Program-made: the position numbers and the translations under genes | The notes under the pieces: model-generated | Databases searched by the model: none | What the model was told of the DNA's origin: nothing | The model's input: only the letters and a program-made list of their open reading frames with translations | NCBI GenBank assembly: GCA_964035545.1 | Contig: OZ037771.1 | Coordinates: forward strand, 5,427,190-5,491,189 | Source of the DNA: Bugula neritina | Taxonomy: Eukaryota; Animalia; Bryozoa | DNA length: 64,000 nucleotides | Direction of reading: 5' to 3' | Part shown: positions 10,658-23,171 of the stretch, piece after piece | How positions within the stretch are numbered: the first letter of the stretch is position 1 | Layout of the letters: every line of letters starts with the position of its first letter

Positions 10658-13600
10658 TCACTTATCCTTTTCTTTAGGTTTTCTCTTGTCTGTTAGCTCT
10701 GAGAGCTTTTTATTAAGTCTACGTTCCAAACCAGCTCTGGCTGATGCATTTGGCTTCTTATTTGAGGCCACACCACCTATGAAAACACCACATTGGAAGA
10801 AGCTTCTAGGTTGTGTGTAAACAGACATATCAGACTGCCTGTAGCTCAGCCATAATTTAATGTTAGGTGAAGTAGTGAATTTAATGTTAGGTGGTATTTT
10901 AATGTTACATCAAGGTATTTGTAATAATGGTAGAAACATATAGTTAAGAAAATTTTCTATTATCTGATAAAGCCACAGATAAATTTCTATATTTTAGCGC
11001 CATTATTGAGTATTACACACACGCATGCATAAACATACATTTAAACAGCATATAATATTTTATTTTTAAGCAACATTACTAACCATTGAAGAGTTTTCCT
11101 TCCTTTATAAATGTAGACCTAGCTTGAGTTTTAGCTTCAGCACCACAGCCATGAACTTCAGGCATGCCATGACTCAAGCAGAACCTTGTGAAATAAAATA
11201 TTTAAAGAAAGCTCAGAAAAGTTAGCACATTGCATTCAACATCATCCTAAATATTACAGGCTGATATTATAATAATACTACCTAGAAATCACATATCCAT
11301 TTTAACTTATGATGTCAGGCATTGCATCATTGAGTTGTTATCCACACTTAGTAATTAATTTAATCTAAAATTGGGACAGTTGTTTTTAGAAATTACTTCC
11401 GCCATTTATTTGCTATTTAATACTGGAAAGGTTCAAAGTTTTAAACCCTGATGAAGGCAAAATACTTTCTATATGTCTACATTTTCTGCATGCAACAATT
11501 GAAAATCCTTTTGTGCAGTCATAAATATAAAAACTTACAATTTGCCATTTACTATAATCTCAGAAGCTTTATCAAACTGACAGAACATTATATCAGTGAT
11601 AGAGAACGAATAGTGAGATATGTTGGCTAATCATGTATGCCAGCAGATTTCTAACTATGTGGAGTGAAACTAAGAGTAAACAACTTCCTTTAGCCTGCAA
11701 TACATTATAGAGAAGACAACTTCAACTTGTATTCTATTGTACAGTAGACAACTATTTTTAGCTTGTATTTTACTATATAAAATACAACTCACCTTAATTT
11801 ACAGAACTGACAGTTCACTCCGAGTGTTCTAACCAAAGTCTTACATTTCTTAAAGTTACAAACAGAGTTAAGCTGGTCAGCAGCAGCGAGTAAGGCATCA
11901 AAGTCATCTCCGTCAGCGTTCTTTATTGCTTCCCCGCTGTCCACTTTCTTCCTGTGAGACAATCGTTTCTGAACAATTAGCTTGTAGTACATAAATTCTC
12001 TAACACTACTGAGCATGTATCACATTTGTGACTGAGAAATTTCTGTTTTAAAAACCAACTAATTGGATTTTTATATAATTAAATTCAAGATAAAGAAATT
12101 AACAATTATAAGCAAAAATTATAGCTTACAACAACAAATTACTGCATGCAATTATTTTGACAGGAAAGCAATGACTTAGCATGAATGTGAGTTTATACCT
12201 TTATCTTTTAAGCCAATAAATAAATTTTAATGAGGAAACAATTCCACTAAGTTTCCTTGCATTATAAAAGCATCACAACACAATTCATGGAATGACACAG
12301 TTTAAGTAAACTGATATAATTTACTTTTCTTTCTTCTTTTTCGTTGGTTTGTTAGCACTGTGTGTTTTAGGTTTGCATGACTCCATGACATCCGGTGGCT
12401 TTCCATGAGCCGGAGGCACCTTGTCATGACTAACCGGTTCTGTGTGAGTAACACCTGAGGATAAAACTGGTGCACATCTCAGCTTATGTAGATGAAGGTT
12501 AGCCCGAGGAACTAACTTACCACACATATCGCAGGTAAATTCTTCTAATGCTAGCGATTCAGTTTTAGTAGACACGCTCTGAGCTACAAAGATTATTGAC
12601 TAACTGAGTCTTAGAGAATGAATATCAACCTGGTCTATTCTAGATTAAATGTAGTTTCTAACATGTATAGTAAATGACAGAGTGGTGGTGGGAATTGAAC
12701 CACACAACACCCATTTGTTAAGCAGCACAGGAAAACCCTATTCACTACACCGCCAAGCTACCATCTCCTCCGCAGAATGGAGGAAGGTCCAGTAATAGCC
12801 TTGTTCTACACTATACAGAGTTACGGTTGGGTTTCACACAGATACTAATGCTTTAAACAAATCTGATTCTTCAACATACCTTCTGCGTTTGCCTTCTCAG
12901 CAATGTACTCCAGTTGATGTTTCTTGGTAGCTTCAGTTTTATGTGGTTTCTCTATAATAATGTGCCTTTGTGCACCTTCCCCTACACTGGTGTGTTTAAG
13001 GTTATGGTCCTCTGCAAGCTACAAAATCATGCCAATAAAAACAGCATAAAATAAATTTAATTTGTTTATACAATGTTATAATGTTATAATTCTAAAGTTG
13101 ACAAATACTGGTGAACATCTCACTTAGTAAAAATCTCACCTAGTGAAGAGCCCACTTAGTAAACAACCCACCTAGTGAAGAGCCCACCTAATGAAGAGCC
13201 CACCTAGTGAAGAGCCCACCTAGTAAACATCTCACCTAGTTAACATCCCACCTAGTAAACACCCCACCTAGTAAACAACTCGCCTAGTAAAAATCTCACC
13301 TAGTGAAGAGCCCACCTAGTAAACAACATACCTGGTGAACTACAAGACGCTGAAAAGAATTAAGAGTGGGTGGAAAGCTGTGGCTAGTAGCAGAGCTCCT
13401 TACAAAGTCTACTATGACAGAACTAAACTCATCTCTGATTCGCTGAGTACGTTCTTCCTGTGTCTCAGATTTCTCTATAGTGGAACTACAAGTACACATG
13501 AAACACTAAACCAACCAACACAAACATCACAAGTATTATCAAGCCCTGTTATGGCAATATGACAAGTTAATGCTGACAATTAACGGTACATAGGAGAACC

Positions 13601-16600
13601 CTTTTACTGTTTATAAGAATTACCTTTGTTAAAAACACAAAATTTATGAATATGCAAAAAGCAACTTACTTGTGTGCACTGAGTTAAAATATTTCAACTT
13701 TAAAATAGAGTCCTCTCTCACACGCATGTACGGAGTCAATATATGCGAGCAAACAACTCTTGAGCTATAAGTCTGTCAGCAAGTTGCTCAACACAAATCA
13801 AGTCTGATTACCTGATAATGCCCGAGTCAACAGAACTTGGCTGACTCTGTTTTTGAGTTGACTTAGGTTTTCCTTTACTTGAATGAGACTTCTTATCAGA
13901 GGTTTTAGTCTGTGTTGTAGAGCCAGACTCTTTCATCAGCCTGGCAACTTTCTCACTCAGTGCTCCAACGTGATAGTCTAAGGAGAAGTGAACACAGCAA
14001 ATATATAGTTCTTCCGTTGAATTACTGCTGGCTTTTTATTTTCAGATATCAAATGCAACATATTTTATTGAGTAAAGCTATTCCATCAGATGTGACATAG
14101 CCATTCCTGAGACTTGACGAATAAATAAAACAGCTAGCAGTTAGTTAGCTGCACACTCAGCAGTAATTCAAGTATCAACAGCCTTGGGTGATTCAATGTC
14201 AATGATTTAACAAGCACTTTTACAAGTTTTTTAAGATTTATAAGAATACTTGTTTTACAAAAAAAACAAAGATACTGTATAATAATTAGTCTCTGAATCT
14301 ACCACACCAGCATGGGCAAGGCAGTTCATGAAAAATAATCTAAAAGTCAAGTCAAATTGTGTAAACTATATCACAACATATATACAATTATGTGACATAT
14401 ACAGATATTAGCCATTGCTATTCGTGTAGTAAAACTTTCATGCAGACGTATGTTGTAACTCACCCTGCTGGTATTCAGCAGCTGTCTTCACAACTCCATG
14501 AGCTGACATATAGTTGATGAGTCTGGAGAGGAAGGGGTGTCTGCTGACAGTGTCTGAGTCACACACGACAGCAACTTGTCTTCGTGCTCTGGTAACAGCT
14601 ACATTCAGCCTTCTGTCCTCAGCGAGGAAGCCAACAACACCTATACAGTACACAAGCACACCTATACAGTACACAAGCACACCTATACAGTACACAAACA
14701 CACCTATACAGTACACAAGCACACCTATACAGTACACAAGCACACCTATACAGTACACAAACACACCTATACAGTACACAAACACACCGAAAAAAATACT
14801 AACAACTTAGACATTAAATGGGTGTTTTACAAGACTGGAGATGCAGTGGTGAGCAGCTATGACCGATCAATGCACGAGTTCATAAGTTTCTAGGTTACAC
14901 GCCCGCACACACTACACATAACGTATCTAGCATGTGTAATATATGTCACATATAATATATCATGCAGAAAAGTCAATACAACTGACAAAGACTGCTCGCA
15001 ATTACATAAACACAAACTAATGATAGTACAGATCCCTACTAAGTCAATTACTTACAAGTGGAGACAACACACTGAAACTAACCTTTATTATTCGATCGGA
15101 CAAGGGAGATAACAACAGCTTCTTTTTCCCGACCTTGATACCCATCTACAGACTTGATCTCTAAGTCTTTGTATTTATCTGATAGTCTGTTTCGAATCAG
15201 TTCTACCTGCAGGAGAGTTACCCAGACTATACCAAGTTAACTACAGTGATGCACTCAGACTACGCTATCCTAATTGACAGTTGACTATTTGCTAACTCAT
15301 GACTGTAACAGAATCTATCTCTTCAACCAACTTAACATAACTGCAAAAGCTCCTTAACTAATGTAAACAAATTCTCTGCTTACTTAACCCCTTTCACTAA
15401 CTAATAGTATGACTACCACTACTACCATAGTCACTTTCACTAATTAATACTATAACTACTAATACTATAACTACTAATACTATAACTACTAATACTATAA
15501 CTACTAATACTATAACTACTACTACTACCACAGTTACTTTAACTAATACTATAACTACTACTACTACTACCACAGTCACTTTAACTAATACTATAACTAC
15601 TAACTAATACTGTAACCATCACTACTACTACCACAGCCACTCTCACTGATTAATACTATAATGACTAACTATTACGATAGACTATTCACCACAGTCACCA
15701 TCATCAACTATTACTATAACTACTACTACTACCACGGTCACTCATAAACTAAGTTTAAGTACTATTACTACTACCATACTGGTGGCCAGCTGTTACTATA
15801 ACTACTACTATAAACCATTACTACATACTACACAGGTCATAGTTACCTGAAAGTTATATGGAGATATAACTGCAATATCAGCTGCATTCACTCCGGATTG
15901 GATGAGAGACTGGACATGGAGAGCAACCAGATCAGCTTCACCTGCAGTACAACACATCTCAGTCTATACTCATTATTAGGGAAAGGATTGTGAAGGAAAA
16001 CAGTGATATTTCATTAAAGCAAATAAGCATATCTGCTAGTAACTAAAAATCATTTCTAGCAATTACCCTTTGGTTCATAGAAATATAATAACTGAATACT
16101 ATATTTATTTATGGCATGACACTGCAACCGGTCATTATTCTTCACTATATCTACTCAAACACAGCTAAAGGGATAATTGGGTTGAGCTCCAGTTGCATAT
16201 ATACCGGAAGTTAGCCGAACAGATCACATTTACATAAATTTGCTGAAGCACTGCTTTACACAGACAGAGTGATGTTCAATATATTTCATTTCAAATATCA
16301 GCTGCAGACAACAGCTGCAGACAAAAACTGCAGACAAAAACTGCAGAGAGCAGCTATAGACGAAAGCTGTGGATGACAGTTGCAGGCAGCTGCAGACGAA
16401 AGCTGCAGAAGACAGTTGCAGATAACAGCTGCAGATGACAGCTGCAGATAACAGTTGCAGATAACAGCTGCAGATGACAGTTGCAAATAACAGCTGCAGA
16501 TAACAGCTGCAGATAACAGCTGCAGATGACACTTGCAGACACACACCTTCATTGCCTTTACTCTGCTCATCAGGCAACTCCAGTTCGGGCAGGTCACAGC

Positions 16601-19600
16601 CAGCCGTGTCTATCAATATCAGTGGCTCACATGTGACTTCATTGTCTTCAACCCCCTGCGCCATGTACAAACAGACTATTATACACCACTGTTAGCAGTG
16701 CAAAGCTGAACCTTAACCAATCTTCCTCAATAAATTTGTATAAAACAAAACAGCAACATTACAAAATCATATATATTTCAATGAAAGCCGTTATATTTTT
16801 AAAGTATAAACCGAAACTCCACTGAATTCATACAGAAGTACTAAAAAGAGAATATTGTACTTTCTGTGTAACCAATTGCATTAGTCTAGTATTAGAAAGA
16901 GTGTCATAAATGTTCAGAGCTTATGCAAGCATATTTCCAACATAAGCTGTAATATAGAGCAGTGTTGAAGATCAGAAGAAAACGCACATTCAAGCAACTG
17001 GGTTCGGAAAAAAGCCTATTGCACTTAGCCCGAGTAAATTCACTTTCACATAACTAGGGAAATACCAGCACGTAACTTCACGTGATATAATTGAAGATGA
17101 AAACGTCAATTAGAGTCACATAACATAACTCACAGTGATGTCTCGGAGTAGATGCGTGCTAACAGTGGAGCTGGCAGTTAGTTTGCTGTTGTAGAGCTCA
17201 TCTGAAGCCCACTGCATGATCTGACTGTTCATTCTGTACTGTACAGTGAGCATGTGCACATGGGAGCTGTGCGAGTCTATCAACCTCTCCATTAGAGTAA
17301 CAGACAGACCTTCCGCAGCTGCTCTGTAAAGTGGCAGCATATTAGATAGACATGTACAGTCAGCGGTGGCCAGTACAATAATATCACAGTGTATAGTATT
17401 ACTTTGTATAGTACCACAGTGTATAGTATTACTTTGTATAGTACCAGAGTATCTAGTATCACTGTGTATAGTACCACAGTAAATAGTACACACAAAAGAT
17501 ATAAGATAGTTTACTCGATATATAACAGTGAGACATGCTGCAGACGTATAACAGGTGAATAACCTGTTACAACCTGTCAGTGATGTCATTCTCCATGACT
17601 CAAGTAAACTGCTACCATGATGTCAACTTGTCTGACTACACAGACAAAGCGGTGGAAATCTGCCGCTACAGAAGTGTTATATTATGATAATCTGATATAA
17701 AACTAGTAAGTTCAAAGAGCTGGTAAAAGTAAAAAAGGCATTATTGTATGCATATTACTAACTTGTGAGATAGAATGGTAGGGGGCAGTTGCAGATGGTC
17801 CCCCGCTAAGACACATTTGGGTGCTTGAGGCAAGGCTATCCAACACGAAATCTCCAGAGCCTGCAACACAATAACACCAACACATACAATAGACATCATC
17901 TCAAAAACACTCTTTAGCAGAGCACATCATAAAAAGGCATAAAATTTAATAAGTTACCGAAACATGAACAACCTTGACATTTTGAAGGTAGGAATCCTGA
18001 AAGCAAATTGCACACTAAAGCCTATTTTGATAACCATGTGTTTTATGTCTTCAGACAGTTAGCCCGGCACGGGCACCATGTAGTATAACAGACAGACAAT
18101 ACAGTATGAGTAGCAGACGTCAAGTTACCTGAGAACACTCGTCTATAACCACGACGTCGAAGTGACCTTCACCAAGTAGCCTAAGTGGTCCGTCATTTGA
18201 GGCTGAGGTCAAGGTAGACAGAATGACCTCTGACCCTTTGAGAACTTGCTTCATGGCTTCTTCACTTCGAGTTTTCAGCTCTTTTCTGAGAGATTTCAGT
18301 TCCTGTCGCACTGATTGGCTGACTGAGGTGCCTCTACTTTGTCGCATCTTTTTCTGCAAACAGCAAGTTTATTAGCAGTCAGTCATACTCTATACTCTAT
18401 TGTCTATACCAGACTGCTCTATACCAGACTGCTCTATACTGTAATACTCTATACTATACTACTCTATACTGTACTACTCTATACTGTACTACTCTATACT
18501 GTACTACTCTATACTGTATTACTCTATAGTCTATACTATACTACTCTATACTGTACTACTCTATACTATACTATTCTATACTATACTACTCTATACTGTA
18601 TTACTCTATACTGTACTACTCTATACTGTACTACTCCATACTGTATTACTCTATAGTCTATACTATACTACTCTATACTGTACTACTCCATACTATACTA
18701 CTCTATACTGTACTACTCTATACTGTACTACTCTATACTGTACTACTCCATACTGTATTACTCTATAGTCTATACTATACTACTCTATACTATACTACTC
18801 TATACTATACTATTCTATACTATACTACTCTATACTGTACTACTCTATACTGTACTACTCTATACTGTATTACTCTATAGTCTATACTATACTACTCTAT
18901 ACTGTACTACTCTATACTGTACTACTCTATACTGTATTACTCTATAGTCTATACTGTACTACTCTATACTATACTATTCTATACTATACTACTCTATACT
19001 ATACTACTCTATACTGTACTACTCTATACTGTACTACTCCATACTATACTACTCTATACTATACTATTCTATACTATACTACTCCATACTATACTACTCT
19101 ATACTGTACTACTCTATACTATACTACTCTATACTATACTACTCTATACTATACTACTCTATAGTGTACTACTCTATACCGTAATACTATAAATGGTACT
19201 ACTCTATACTATACTACTCTATACATACTAGTGTAGAGTCGATATCGGAGCGGATATCCTCAACTATGCTGCTGTCCTCACATGTGGCCAGTTTTGCGTC
19301 TAGACAGTAACAATGAATCTCATTGGTCGCTCTGGCTGGATGGCCGAGTCTAGTGACAACTACCTGGTGAGTAAAAAGGAACGGTTGGCCATTGATATTC
19401 AGTCAGTAACCAGCTTGTAGTGACACTACACCATGTTGTCTGGAAATCTCTCTAAAACAACTTGAATCTAAATACCTCGATTATCAGTAATAATTTGTCA
19501 ACTAACAATTTTATCACAAACTTTTGAGCACAACAGAATTTTTAAACTAATTTCATAGCAATATCATTATCATTACATGATACATGAATTATTCTATCAA

Positions 19601-22536
19601 AAAACGTCATATGTATGCTATACATTGTCTAATTGTTTCTTGTATAAGAATATATAGCCATAATCCTATAAAGTAATCACAAACACATGAGTTTCTACAT
19701 AGAATAGTGCAGTGGTCTAGTGTTGGTAGAGTCAACCCTTTTTCGCTACCATCAGCCTAGCACTGTTACTGTTTGGCGAAAAGTTAACTGGTGGACGCAG
19801 CATGATATATGTTCAATTAACTTCATCTATGCACATTATGTACGCTCTATAGTCTATACAGTATACAAGAACAATTATACGCATACTACCTGTACTTTAG
19901 CTAACAATACCTTTGCTTTGGCTAGCCTAAGCACCAGATTGTCAATAGCAACATTGCTAGGGGCGCACGCCAACACCTTCGAGCCTTGAGCAACAAACTG
20001 TCTGATGGTTTCCACCAGAGTGGTGGATTTACCAGTACCAGGTGGTCCGTGTATGATGGAGAGACGGGGCTGAGAGAGAGCCAGTCTTACAGCTGCCTGT
20101 TGAGACTCGTCTAACTGGCTGTTGAAATACGTCAGCTTATCTGTATAACAAATGGTAACAGTGGAGGTATTCAGTCAGAAGGACCTTTAGAATATACAAC
20201 ACATTGAATTACAAGCGTGTTAAAAACCCAGCATACTATATCTCACTGGTCTTACTTACATCTTATCTACATTACATTAGCCAGCTGGGTCTATTTGTCA
20301 TATACCAATATTATACAAACTATGTACTTATATCTATATATGAAAAAGACTCGATGATTATTATACAATTTTCCAACATATCATAATATAAAATAGTATC
20401 CCTATCATAGGGCAATAAACCATAGTATATACAATACATGTTTACAAGGTGTAACTATTCATACATTTTTGAAGCTGTAACACTCAACGCATTTTAAACA
20501 ACACATAAGTAAACCGCCAACATTAAACATAGAAGTGAGAGTGAGAGATTATAATTAACCAAATACCCAGATTCGAATTAACGAGTGGCACCTCATCCGA
20601 ATGCGCCTGGAACGTCAGTTCAATTAATCTACCAGATCTCGTGTTTCGATCAGAGCCTAGTTTACTAACAGCCCTGCAACAAAGTATGCAGAAAAGCTAG
20701 ATTTTAACAAGTGCATTAGAATAATCTAAACAATAGAGCCACACGATTTGTAAGTACCTATCCATGAGTCAGATTGATAAACTTATGAAATACTATTGCT
20801 CAATAAATGTCATTACTCAATAAATGCCATTACTTAATAATTGTCATTATTCAATATATATGTCATTACTCAATGAAATCCATTACTAAATAAATGTCAT
20901 TATTCAGTATATGTCATTACTCAGTAAAAGCCATTACTTAATACATGTCATTATTCAATATATATGTCATTACTCAATAAAAGCCATTACTTAATAAATG
21001 TCATTATTCAATATATATGTCATTACTCAATAAAAGCCATTACTTAATAAATGTCGTTATTCAATATATGTCATTACTCAATAAAAGCCATTACTTAATA
21101 AATGACATTATTTAATATATATGCCATTACTCAACAAATGCCATTACTTAATAAATGTCATTACTCAATAAATGTCATTATTCAATATAAATGTCATTAC
21201 TCAATATATGTCATTACTCAATAAAAGCCATTACTTAATAAATGGTATTATTTAATATATATGCCATTACTCAACAAATGCCATTACTTAATAAATGTCA
21301 TTACTCAATAAATGTCATTACTCAATAAATGTCATTATTCAATATAAATGTCATTACTCAATAAAAGCCATTACTTAATAAATTATACTGCTCAAAATAT
21401 GCCATTACTAATAAGAGCACTCAAACAAGCCAGCTATCAGGTATTAGTGCAATGTGTTGGTCATACCTTCTGAGCACTTTATATGTCACATCATTGGCTA
21501 GCCGTACCAGGTAATATCTGCTATCATCACCCAGGGTAGACAACTCTTCTCCTTGGTCAAATGCAACAGCTATGGTGGCTGATGTCACTTTGAGGACAAT
21601 GCCAGAGCCAATAGAAGTTGGGCTACTGACCTCATGTAGCCCAACTATGTCCCCTGGAAGGCAGAAGAAAATAGTCTACACTTAAAAGATTACCTATTAT
21701 CTCAAATTCATACAAAGAGAATGTATGAGTGAAAATTTTTGAAGAATTTAAAAGAACAGACGCAAACAAAAAGCTCAACTACAGAATATGATTTGTGCTA
21801 AATGAAGACTCAATAAAGTAAAACTCCTTCTAACCAGTTTGGTGCAACAGTAGAAGAACAAGGTAGAGAAACCAATACTTGGTTACTTTGTATTATAAAA
21901 TCATAAAAATTGCAAACACTTGCAAGCAAAATGACTGATGATATACTAGTAGCTTATTTAGCCAGTAGGTACTAACCTGATAATATACTAGTAATTAATC
22001 TGGCTAGTAGGTACTCACCTGATGTGCTAGCAGTTTATCTAGCTAATAGGTACTAACCTGATGATATACTAGTAGTTTATCTAGCTAGTAGGTACTAACC
22101 TGATAATATACTAATAGTTTATCTAGCTAGTAGGTACTAACCTGATAATATACTAGTAGTTTATCTGGCTAGTAGGTACTAACCTGATGATATATTAGTC
22201 GCAGGCAACTCAGGCCGATTCACATTGCTGGACTTGAAGGTGACCACTTGCCTGCCATACAAACTAGTCTTTCTACTATCTATTAATAGCTTATACAAGC
22301 ATATGCCTCTCTTCTCCAACAACTTGGGAGATACATTTCGCTGGAAAAACCTAGAAAAAATATCAGCAAACAATGAAATTAAAACATTAATTTATTTAAA
22401 ATATTGAAGTAACTTATAATTTGTGTACTATATTTTAATAAGTGTGTAAAAACCTGGATTCTTGTAGCTCAGATTCCTTCTCTAACTGCAATAGTTGCTC
22501 AGTTTTCCGACAAAAAAGATCAACTGGAGAAGACAT
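10658..22536 (-). CDS. IGHMBP2: DNA-binding protein SMUBP-2 / UPF1-like SF1 helicase with R3H and AN1 zinc finger
   Basis: 20 phase-consistent exons: 22454-22536, 22184-22350, 21467-21653, 20567-20673, 19911-20140, 19229-19363, 18129-18353, 17763-17860, 17134-17323, 16547-16655, 15847-15941, 15083-15206, 14464-14640, 13812-13977, 13332-13485, 12880-13018, 12325-12583, 11793-11951, 11084-11184, 10658-10776. Motifs: [79 protein letters not shown]; R3H ([18 protein letters not shown]); AN1 finger (CNFKKC...CQFC...FCLSH.MPEVHGC). Confidence 0.97.
13108..13340. repeat. 16-bp minisatellite x14 anchored on an IGHMBP2 donor site
   Basis: Units CACCTAGTGAAGAGCC / CACCTAGTAAACATCT, bounded at both ends by CTGGTGAAC 224 bp apart. 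Confidence 0.9.
14637..14788. repeat. 21-bp minisatellite x7 containing an IGHMBP2 acceptor site
   Basis: CTATACAGTACAC recurs at 14641, 14662, 14683, 14704, 14725, 14746 and 14767. Confidence 0.92.
15395..15830. repeat. (ACT)-rich degenerate micro/minisatellite
   Basis: ACTATAACTACTAAT units in an IGHMBP2 intron. Confidence 0.85.
16299..16540. repeat. ~13-bp minisatellite (CAGCTGCAGATAA)n
   Basis: Tandem units start just inside the donor at 16546; source of the spurious Cys/Ala ORFs. Confidence 0.9.
18385..19225. repeat. 15-bp minisatellite (CTATACTGTACTACT)n filling an intron
   Basis: About 840 bp of tandem units between exons 18129-18353 and 19229-19363. Confidence 0.95.
20795..21410. 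repeat. ~18-20-bp minisatellite (AATAAATGTCATTACTC)n
   Basis: Directly visible tandem array in IGHMBP2 intron 3. Confidence 0.92.
21935..22200. repeat. 42-bp minisatellite containing the IGHMBP2 exon-2 donor
   Basis: (A/C)ACCTGA occurs at 22181 (true donor), 22139, 22097, 22055, 22016 and 21974. Confidence 0.9.
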
Positions 22537-23012
22537 CAGGCTGAGACGCTAACAACAGCGGACACGTGTTGGCAATAAGATATTTTCCGAACCACTCTCT
22601 TTATATGGTCCAACGTAAATTAATTCGATGCTCAATGTCATGCAACCGTCAAACTACAATTCACAATTCACTCTCTAGCATCGCCAACCAGGTTCAAAAA
22701 TTAGTAAATTTTAGAACTGGATAAATTGCAATAGCGCTGAAAAACATTTTGATAAACTTCCAAAAGCAATTGCATCTGACTTGTGTTGATTATTTTATGT
22801 CTTATTTGTTAAAACTTTGCATTTTCACGTAAATATAAATTTCAGCAGATAGTCTAACTTGACACACTCATTCGTCAGCATTTGCATAAAAAGTAAAATA
22901 CTGGGTCCGACTTGAGGTATGTATAATTACCATATATGCTTAACACTGCCTTGAAAAGTAAGTATTTATATTTCTATCTGTAAAAAAATTCCCACGAATG
23001 TATAAATTTCAT

Positions 23013-23171
23013 GAGTTTATGGTCGCCATCCCTGTGAATTAAGGACCTGTTCTTTATTGCGCTAAAGAAACAACAATGACTAAATGCCTTTCTTGACATT
23101 ACCGATGACCTTTCTTGAAATTCGAACAACTGACTTTGTGTTTACTAAGCCAGCGCCCTAACTACTAGACC
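23013..23171 (-). mobile_element. tRNA-derived SINE, family 1, diverged copy 4
   Basis: Shares AGTTTAT.GTC.CCATCCCTGTGA and the GTTCGAA B-box head with the other copies. Confidence 0.65.
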
